Below, piece after piece: positions 8,825 to 15,776 of a stretch of 64,000 nucleotides of DNA (positions are counted from its first letter, which is position 1; the number at the start of each line of letters is the position of its first letter). Made by a program: the position numbers and the translations under genes. The notes below the pieces were generated by a model. That model saw only the letters and a program-made list of their open reading frames with translations. It had not been told where the DNA came from and ran no database searches. This DNA is from Acidimicrobiales bacterium (lineage in GTDB: Bacteria > Actinomycetota > Acidimicrobiia > Acidimicrobiales > JAVJTC01), in the NCBI GenBank assembly GCA_040219085.1, contig JAVJTC010000007.1, forward strand, positions 3,995 through 67,994. The letters run 5' to 3'.

Positions 8825-9387
8825 TCCTGTCCGACCGCACCATCCGCGAGTCCCTCGACGCCGGGCGTATCGAGATCGACCCGCTCGGCGACAACGCCGT
8901 GCAGCCCTCGTCGGTGGACCTGCGTCTCGACCGCTACTTCCGGGTCTTCCGCAACCACACGCTCGGCATGATCGACGTGAAGAAGAACCTCGAGGCGCTC
9001 ACCGAACCCGTCGAGATCACCGAGGAAGAGGCGTTCATACTCCACCCCGGGGAGTTCGTGCTCGGCTCGACGCTCGAACGTGTCCGCCTGCCCGACGATC
9101 TCGTCGCCCGCCTCGAGGGGAAGTCCAGCCTGGGGCGGCTCGGCCTGCTGATCCATTCCACCGCGGGCTTCGTGGACGCCGGCTGGAACGGCCAGCTCAC
9201 CCTCGAGTTGTCGAACGTCGCCAACCTGCCGATCACGCTGTACCCGACGATGAAGATCGGCCAGATCAGCTTCCTGCAGATGACCACCCCCGCCGACGTG
9301 CCCTACGGCGGGAAGTCGGTCGGCTCCAAGTACCAGGACCAGGTGGGTCCCGTACCGAGCCGTTACTGGGAGAACTTCGAGCGGTAG
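8821..9387 (+). CDS. dcd: dCTP deaminase
   Basis: [10 protein letters not shown]..., [42 protein letters not shown] overlap with the upstream gene. Confidence 0.9.
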   Translation: MILSDRTIRESLDAGRIEIDPLGDNAVQPSSVDLRLDRYFRVFRNHTLGMIDVKKNLEALTEPVEITEEEAFILHPGEFVLGSTLERVRLPDDLVARLEGKSSLGRLGLLIHSTAGFVDAGWNGQLTLELSNVANLPITLYPTMKIGQISFLQMTTPADVPYGGKSVGSKYQDQVGPVPSRYWENFER

Positions 9388-9427
9388 CGCCCCGGTGCGA
9401 GACCAGCGAGGGCCGGCGCCCGGCGCC

Positions 9428-10060
9428 TCATGAGATGAGGCGCAGTCCGGAGTGACGGGTGGAGCGCAACCTCCCGACCCGCTCGCCGAGACGGTGGCGG
9501 CCCCCCGACAGCCACCAGAGGGCCACGATCCCGGCGAGCTCCAGCATGTGCGTCGTCTCGTCCAGCACCGTCGAGCTTCCCGTCGCGGCATCCACCACCC
9601 CGGTCACGAGGAACGTGACGCCCAGCGCCGACATCATCGGCACGAGTCCGATGGAGCGTTCCGGGCGCAACGCGGCGTAGCCGAATCCGATGGCAAGGGC
9701 CATGCCGAACGCCCCGAGATGACGCCCCACGTGGGGGGTCGCGCCCGCCTCGTCACCGGACACGAGCAGTGGGACGTTGAGCAGCACCAGGGTGGCCGCG
9801 ATCGAGCCGAGCGCAATCCGCACCCATTCGCCGCGCCCCGCGTCTGGAGCACCCGCTCGTCGCAGGACCGCGCTCGTGAGGTCGGGTATCTCGGCGACGG
9901 TGTTCATCACCGCTGCCCGGCGCAGAGCGTGGACCCGCTCCTCGAAATGGCGGCAGGTCGCGCACGAATCGAGGTGTTCGGTGAGGTGCAGGCCGTCGGC
10001 GGAGTCGACCTCCCCGTCGACCCTCGCGGAGATGAGCGCACGTGCGTCGGGACAGTCCAT
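9428..10060 (-). CDS. zf-HC2 anti-sigma factor with a multi-pass membrane C-terminal domain
   Basis: MDCPDARALISARVDGEV...HLDSCATCRHF carries the HxxxCxxC motif, followed by about four hydrophobic segments. The start was moved to ATG 10060 within the 9428..10288 ORF. Confidence 0.75.
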   Translation of the reverse strand: MDCPDARALISARVDGEVDSADGLHLTEHLDSCATCRHFEERVHALRRAAVMNTVAEIPDLTSAVLRRAGAPDAGRGEWVRIALGSIAATLVLLNVPLLVSGDEAGATPHVGRHLGAFGMALAIGFGYAALRPERSIGLVPMMSALGVTFLVTGVVDAATGSSTVLDETTHMLELAGIVALWWLSGGRHRLGERVGRLRSTRHSGLRLIS

Positions 10061-10116
10061 ATGGGAAAGGTCGTTCGGCGGTGGCGCCCGGTTCCCGACC
10101 GGGCAGAATCGATGTC

Positions 10117-10650
10117 GTGGATCGTGTAACCGAGCTGGCGCTCGCGGCGCGCGACGGGAACCGTCACGCGCTCGAGGAGTTCGTCCGTGTGACGCAGCGT
10201 TCCGTGTGGCTGCTGTGCCGCCACCTCGGGGATCCCGACACGGTCGAGGACCTCGTCCAGGACACGTATCTGAGGGCGCTGCGGTCACTGCCGCGATTCC
10301 GCAACGACGGTCCGGCCCGGGCCTGGCTCCTGCGCATCGCGCGCAACACGTGCGCCGACGCCACCCGCAGCCGTATCCGTCGCCGCCGGCGGATGGCGGA
10401 GGGGGAGGCGCCGGACACGCCCGTCGTCTCCGGCTCGTGGGAGGTCGTCGAGGACCTCCTGCGAGGCATCTCGGCGGAACGGCGGGAGGCGTTCGTACTC
10501 ACACAGTTCGTAGGCCTGTCCTACGCCGAAGCCGCTGCGGTCGCCGGTTGCGCCGTCGGGACCATTCGATCTCGAGTCTCGCGAGCGCGAGAGGACCTCC
10601 TGGCGCTTCTCGACGACGAGACCAGGGGAGCGACCGGCTCGTCCGGCTGA
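10117..10650 (+). CDS. ECF (sigma-70 group IV) RNA polymerase sigma factor
   Basis: Region 2 is DLVQDTYLRALRSLPRFR...ARAWLLRIARN. Region 4 is EAFVLTQFVGLSYAEAAAVAGCAVGTIRSRVSRARE. GTG start at 10117. Confidence 0.85.
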   Translation: MDRVTELALAARDGNRHALEEFVRVTQRSVWLLCRHLGDPDTVEDLVQDTYLRALRSLPRFRNDGPARAWLLRIARNTCADATRSRIRRRRRMAEGEAPDTPVVSGSWEVVEDLLRGISAERREAFVLTQFVGLSYAEAAAVAGCAVGTIRSRVSRAREDLLALLDDETRGATGSSG

Positions 10651-10739
10651 AGGTCCTTAGATCTCCGGGAACTCCTCCCGGCGTCCGGGCGACCTCTTCG
10701 TCGTGCGGCGACCGACGCCGTCGAAGGAGGAAGACCCCG

Positions 10740-11324
10740 ATGCGACGATTTCTCGTGCCACTGGTGCTCGTGGCACTGCTTGCCGCGGCCTGTGGCGACG
10801 ACGACTCGGAGACTTCGGCGGACCCGACCGCCACGCCGACGGCGACAGTCGCAACGAACGGGGACGGGTCACGGTCGGCGCTCGTGGTCACCGACGCCCG
10901 GTACCGCCGTGCCGGCGAGGGACTCGGCGCGGCGTACCTCGTCATCACGAACACCGGCGATGAGGCAGGCCGACTGTCCGCTGCTGCCTCGGGCGCAGCC
11001 GGGGAGGTCCAGTTGCACGAGACCGTCACCGATGACGACGGACTGATGGGGATGGTCGAAGTGCCCGAGGGATTCGAGATCCCGGGTGGCGGTGAGCTGA
11101 TCCTCGAACCCGGAGGCAAGCACCTCATGTTGATCGATCTCGCAGCGGACGCAGGAGGTCAGATCACGATCGAGTTGGTGATCGACGGTGACACGATCGC
11201 TGTCCCGTTCGCCTTCAGCGAGGAGCTCTCCGCGATGCCGGGCCACGACGGTGGCCAGTCGATGGAGGGCGGGTCTATGGACGATGGATCCATGGAGGAC
11301 GCGTCGATGGAGGACGGGCAGTGA
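10740..11324 (+). CDS. Copper chaperone PCu(A)C (DUF461), lipoprotein with a Met-rich tail
   Basis: Signal plus lipobox LLAAAC. LHETV...LMGMVEV...GGKHLMLIDL matches the H..M / HxM Cu(I) motif. The tail is SMEGGSMDDGSMEDASMEDGQ. RBS GAAGGAGG. Confidence 0.8.
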   Translation: MRRFLVPLVLVALLAAACGDDDSETSADPTATPTATVATNGDGSRSALVVTDARYRRAGEGLGAAYLVITNTGDEAGRLSAAASGAAGEVQLHETVTDDDGLMGMVEVPEGFEIPGGGELILEPGGKHLMLIDLAADAGGQITIELVIDGDTIAVPFAFSEELSAMPGHDGGQSMEGGSMDDGSMEDASMEDGQ

Positions 11325-12303
11325 CGGAGCGGCCGGTCCGCAGCAGCCCCGAGACGATGGCGATCACCCCCACGACGCCGGCCGCCGCTATGACGGCCCG
11401 GTCCAGTCCCGGGGGTGCGTCCGATGGGATGATCGCTCTCGAGAGGGCCTCGCGGCGCGTCCAGCTCCACAGGGCGAGCTCTGTCCCGGCCAGCGCGACG
11501 AACACTGCACTGACGCTGGGCGTCATTCGACCCCCGATGGTGAGTGCCACCAGGGCCGCTGCGAGGGCCGTTGCGGGCAGGGCCCAGAGCAGCAGCGATG
11601 GACTGGTCTCGGGGGGCACTGAGCGCACGGCCCACACGCCGGCCACGAGAGCGGCTGATGCGGTCACCGCCACCGTGGTGACGGTGCCTCTCCGCCCACC
11701 ACCCACCAGCACCGCCAAGGCCCCGAGGGCTAGGGCCGTTACTGCTCCCAGGACCGGAGGAACGATCGAAGGACCTGACAGAAGAGTCGAAATGACCGTC
11801 ACGCCCACGGCCCGGCCGTCGACCGTGAGCGGGACGACCGCCTCGAGGATCGTGTCGCCCGGTTCCGCTCCGGGGGGGCGGGCCGGGTTCATCCAGTGCG
11901 TGCGGTGATCGTGCCACGCGTAGCGGCCGTCAGAGGCGACGCGGCGCCACTCCGGCGCAGCATCAGGGTCGGCAGCAGGTGGGAGCTCGCGGTCGCCGAA
12001 ACGGTCCTCGTTCAGGTATATGCTCGGCGAACGCCGGTTCTCCTCGACGGTCCCGTCGGCGCCGAAACGCATGTAGGGCTCGCCTCGGTAGCCGACGACG
12101 ACGACCTCGGCTCCCGTCAGGTTGGTGAGTTCGAGGAAGCTGTCACCGCCGATGAACCTCAGCTCCAGCCCCTCGACTGCCGGCTCGACCGAGACGATCT
12201 CCGAGCGGTAGTCGGTCGGCCCGGCCGGGTCCGCAGCTGCTGGCCCGCCGATCGCCACGAGCGCCGCGCCGGCGATGAGCACGGCCACGGCGAACCGGGA
12301 CAT
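11275..12303 (-). CDS. Conserved membrane protein: secreted N-terminal domain plus about six TM helices (function unknown)
   Basis: Signal MSRFAVAVLIAGAALVAIGGPAAA, then DYRSEIVSVEP...YAWHDHRTHWM, then hydrophobic segments. It is the last gene of the overlapping operon. Confidence 0.6.
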   Translation of the reverse strand: MSRFAVAVLIAGAALVAIGGPAAADPAGPTDYRSEIVSVEPAVEGLELRFIGGDSFLELTNLTGAEVVVVGYRGEPYMRFGADGTVEENRRSPSIYLNEDRFGDRELPPAADPDAAPEWRRVASDGRYAWHDHRTHWMNPARPPGAEPGDTILEAVVPLTVDGRAVGVTVISTLLSGPSIVPPVLGAVTALALGALAVLVGGGRRGTVTTVAVTASAALVAGVWAVRSVPPETSPSLLLWALPATALAAALVALTIGGRMTPSVSAVFVALAGTELALWSWTRREALSRAIIPSDAPPGLDRAVIAAAGVVGVIAIVSGLLRTGRSVTARPPSTRPPWIHRP

Positions 12304-12304
12304 C

Positions 12305-12739
12305 TCAGCTGACCGTGACGACGATCTCACCACTCGGATGAACCGTGCAGATCCCGATGAACTCCCCGGCCGAACGGAAGCGTTGACGGAGTACCTCGCC
12401 CGCCCCGACGAAGAACGGGCCGATCAGATGGCCGCGGTCGTCCTCGTTCACGATCTCGATGACGTCGCCGACCGACATGTCGAGCTCCGCAGGGAGGATC
12501 TCGAGTGGCTCGCCGCGGTCGAAGGCTTCACCGGCCCCTTCGGGGATCACGTAGGACAACGTCGCAGCGTCCTCGGCGGCGGACTCGACGCCGAACGTGT
12601 CGGCCCCGCCGCCGCTACAGCCGACGAGTGCCACCGCGGCGACCATCACGGTCGCGAACGCGGCGGGTAGGACACGCCGTGGCGGTCCGGCGAGCCCCGA
12701 CCGCGGAGGTCCGCTGCCGAGGCGGTCAGGTGACGTCAC
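12305..12739 (-). CDS. Small lipoprotein, possibly cupredoxin-like (C-x2-H near the C-terminus)
   Basis: Lipobox ALVGCSG. ..DDRGHLIGPF.. and ..FIGICTVHPSGEIVV resemble a His...Cys-x2-His copper site. This is inference only. Confidence 0.5.
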   Translation of the reverse strand: MTSPDRLGSGPPRSGLAGPPRRVLPAAFATVMVAAVALVGCSGGGADTFGVESAAEDAATLSYVIPEGAGEAFDRGEPLEILPAELDMSVGDVIEIVNEDDRGHLIGPFFVGAGEVLRQRFRSAGEFIGICTVHPSGEIVVTVS

Positions 12740-13391
12740 CGAGGAGTGTCTCCATGTCGGTGGCGAGGTCTGCTCCCCGGGTGCCGAACGGCCAGGTCAC
12801 GACCAGTCGGCCCTCGTCGTCGACGGCGTACAGCGACCCGGTGTGGAGCACCTCGACGGCGCCGTCGGCGGTTGTGGCGACCTGGTAGTCGGCCCCGAAC
12901 CCGTCGGCCGCGGCACGCAGTGCCGCCTCGTCGGTGGTCCGCAGGGGATGCGCGTCGGGAATGAACGATCGTAGGTAGTCGGTGATGACGCGATCCGTGT
13001 CCCGATCCGGGTCGATGGTCGCCATTGCCACCTCGACCCGCTCGGCCAGCGACGCATCGAGCAGGGACAGGGCGTAGCGGATGTCTGCGAGCGTCGTGGG
13101 GCACACGTCGGGACACGACGTGTAGCCGAAGTAGACGAGTAGGAGCCCGTCCTCGTCCGCGCGGAACGGGAACGGCGCTGCTCGGGCGGTCACGTCGGGC
13201 AGGGAGAGTTCGCCGACGACGGGTGCCGGCGTCCGGACGAACCCGGTGAGTCCGCCGGTGTCGGCAGTGGTCGGCGAGTCGGCGGCGGAATCGGGTGGCG
13301 CGGCCCCGGTCGAGCGGGATTCCCCGCACGCGGCGACCGTTGTGAGGCCGAGAGCAACCACGGCCGGGGCGATGATCCGCAGCCCTCTCAT
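12726..13391 (-). CDS. SCO1/SenC family copper chaperone / thiol-disulfide oxidoreductase
   Basis: LLVYFGYTSCPDVCPTTL (CxxxCP motif), a downstream His (LHTGSLYAVD) and lipobox TVAAC. Confidence 0.85.
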   Translation of the reverse strand: MRGLRIIAPAVVALGLTTVAACGESRSTGAAPPDSAADSPTTADTGGLTGFVRTPAPVVGELSLPDVTARAAPFPFRADEDGLLLVYFGYTSCPDVCPTTLADIRYALSLLDASLAERVEVAMATIDPDRDTDRVITDYLRSFIPDAHPLRTTDEAALRAAADGFGADYQVATTADGAVEVLHTGSLYAVDDEGRLVVTWPFGTRGADLATDMETLLGDVT

Positions 13392-13792
13392 CTCAGCTCC
13401 AGGATGTAGGCCACCACCGCGTCCACCTCCCCGTCGGTGAGCACGTTCTCAGGCATCCGGACCGCGTACCCCTCGACGATGTCCGCGCCGGGTTCGGTGA
13501 TGGCCCGCCTCAGGTACGCCGGATCCGCCGCCGCCGTCGTGCCGTCCAACAGAGATACCTCTGACCCGGCAAGGCCGCGCCACGACGGGCCGACGCCGCC
13601 TTCGCCCGACTGGCCATGACACGACACACATCCCTGTGCCGCGGCGATCTGGCGTCCCTCCGCAGCGAGGGGACTGAGCGCGATGTCCTCGCCGGGGCCG
13701 CTTCCACAACCGAGGGCGACGGCGGCGAGGACGACGGCGAGGACGACGGCAGTACTGCGGAGGCGGGAGAGAGTCGGGCACCGGGAGGTCAC
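13388..13792 (-). CDS. Membrane-anchored/lipoprotein c-type cytochrome
   Basis: Single heme motif CVSCH. The distal Met region is VRMPEN. Lipobox-like ALGCGS. Confidence 0.8.
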   Translation of the reverse strand: MTSRCPTLSRLRSTAVVLAVVLAAVALGCGSGPGEDIALSPLAAEGRQIAAAQGCVSCHGQSGEGGVGPSWRGLAGSEVSLLDGTTAAADPAYLRRAITEPGADIVEGYAVRMPENVLTDGEVDAVVAYILELR

Positions 13793-15699
13793 TACGAAGT
13801 AGGTCGTCCCGCGCCGCTTCCCGGTTCCCGGCGCTGACGGTGCCGTTCGAGGCGGCGGGCCCCCGTCGCAACCAGGGGCCGGAAGTCGCCGTCGGTCATG
13901 ACCACGCCGTCGACGCAGTGGGTCTCGATCGTGCCGCCGCCGAACTGTTCGTCGTAGAGGCGGCGGTAGGCCCCGCCGGCCTCGACGAGCTCGTCGTGTG
14001 AGCCGGACTCGACGATCCGGCCGTCGTCCACGACGTGGATGACGTCGGCCGCACGGATGGTGGACAGCCTGTGCGCCACGGCGAGAGTCGTGCGACCCTC
14101 GACCAGTTCGGCCAGCGCCGCCTGGATGCGCCTCTCAGAGGCCGTGTCCAGCGCGGAGGTCGCCTCGTCGAGCACGAGGATGCGTGGGTCGTGCAACAGG
14201 ACGCGGGCGATGGCGATGCGTTGGCGTTCACCGCCCGAGAGTCGGAAGCCCCGCTCGCCGACGACGGTGTCGTAGCCGTCGTCGAACTCGACGATGCGGT
14301 CGTGAATCGCCGCGGCCCGCGCGGCCTTCTCCACGTCGGCGTCGGACGCGTCGGGTTGCGCGTAGGCGATGTTGGCCCGCAGCGTGTCGGCGAAGAGGTA
14401 GGACTCCTGGGTGACCACGCCGACGATGTCGGCCACCGACGCGAATGTGAGGTCCCGCAGGTCGACCCCGTCGATGGTGATGGCGCCGTCGGTCACGTCG
14501 TAGAGCCTCGGGACGAGGTTGAGGATCGTCGACTTGCCCGCGCCGGACGCACCGACGAACGCGACGAGTTCTCCCGGTCGGGCCTCGAAGTCGATCTCGT
14601 CGAGCGTCGGGACCGGCTCGCCCTCGCGGGTCTCGTAGTGGAACGACACGTTCTCGAAGGCCAGACGGCCGTGGACCTCGTCGCGCCGCAGCTCGGTGGC
14701 GCCGGGGCGCTCGACGACGTCGGGTTCGGTGTCGAGGTACTCGAAGACGCGTACGAACATCGCCTGCGAGGACTGGAGCTCGACGAAGGTCTCCAGCATC
14801 CGCGCCACGGGGAAGAACAGCCGGTTCTGAAGCGTGGTGACGGCGACGATCGTCCCCGCCGTCAGGTTCGTGCCGCCGTCGATGAGAAGCCCTGCGGCGA
14901 GATACACGGCCACCGGGGAGAGACCCAGGAACGCCTGGATGACCGTGAAGAACGCCTGGCCGATGACCTGTTGACGGGTGGCGACGTCGGCCACCTCGCG
15001 GTTGCGTGTCTCGAACCGGCGGATCTCACGGTCCGACCGGCCGAACAGCCGGGCGAGCGTGAACCCCGAGACCGACAACGTCTCGTTGGTCAGGACGTTC
15101 ATCTCGGCGATCGCGGCCTGGGACCGTCCTGTCAGCTCGCGGCGTCGCCGCCCCACCCAGCGCGTGGCCACCACGAACACCGGCACGGTCGCGAGGGAGA
15201 TGAGCGTCAGCTGCCACGAGAGGATCGTCAGTGCCGCGAGCGCTGCGAGGAAGGTGACGCCGTTGGACAGGATCGACGACATCGTCGTCGTCACCGCGGT
15301 CTGCACGCCCCCGACGTCGTTGGCTATCCGCGACTGGAGGTCACCGGTGCGCGACGTCGCATAGAACGACAGCGACAACGAGTGGAGGTGGGCGTACACG
15401 CGGTCACGCAGGTCACGCAGGACGTGTTGGCCGAGGACGTTGGTCACCCACGTCTGCCACACGCCCAGACCGGTCGACGCGATGGTGATCGCCACCATCG
15501 CCACGGTGAGGACCCACAGGAGGCCGATGTCGGGCCCGCCGGTGTCGGGGAACAGGGCGTCGTCGAACACGACGCGGATGAGCAGCGGATTGACGACGCC
15601 GAGCAGCGATGTCGTGAGGACCAGGCCGAGCACGAGTGCGACCTGCCCGCGGTGGACCGCGAACAGCCCGATGACGCGCTTCCAGCTGAATCCGCTCAT
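13792..15699 (-). CDS. ABC exporter, fused permease-ATPase (MsbA/CydDC-like half transporter)
   Basis: Six-TM N-terminal domain, Walker A GASGAGKST, signature LSGGERQR and Walker B ILVLDEATSALD. Confidence 0.9.
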   Translation of the reverse strand: MSGFSWKRVIGLFAVHRGQVALVLGLVLTTSLLGVVNPLLIRVVFDDALFPDTGGPDIGLLWVLTVAMVAITIASTGLGVWQTWVTNVLGQHVLRDLRDRVYAHLHSLSLSFYATSRTGDLQSRIANDVGGVQTAVTTTMSSILSNGVTFLAALAALTILSWQLTLISLATVPVFVVATRWVGRRRRELTGRSQAAIAEMNVLTNETLSVSGFTLARLFGRSDREIRRFETRNREVADVATRQQVIGQAFFTVIQAFLGLSPVAVYLAAGLLIDGGTNLTAGTIVAVTTLQNRLFFPVARMLETFVELQSSQAMFVRVFEYLDTEPDVVERPGATELRRDEVHGRLAFENVSFHYETREGEPVPTLDEIDFEARPGELVAFVGASGAGKSTILNLVPRLYDVTDGAITIDGVDLRDLTFASVADIVGVVTQESYLFADTLRANIAYAQPDASDADVEKAARAAAIHDRIVEFDDGYDTVVGERGFRLSGGERQRIAIARVLLHDPRILVLDEATSALDTASERRIQAALAELVEGRTTLAVAHRLSTIRAADVIHVVDDGRIVESGSHDELVEAGGAYRRLYDEQFGGGTIETHCVDGVVMTDGDFRPLVATGARRLERHRQRREPGSGAGRPTS

Positions 15700-15776
15700 C
15701 GGGCGACCCTACCCAGGGGTGCCCGATGAGGTGCCGTCGGAGGTGGTCCCGTCAGGGCGACGCGACCGGCCCGGGC

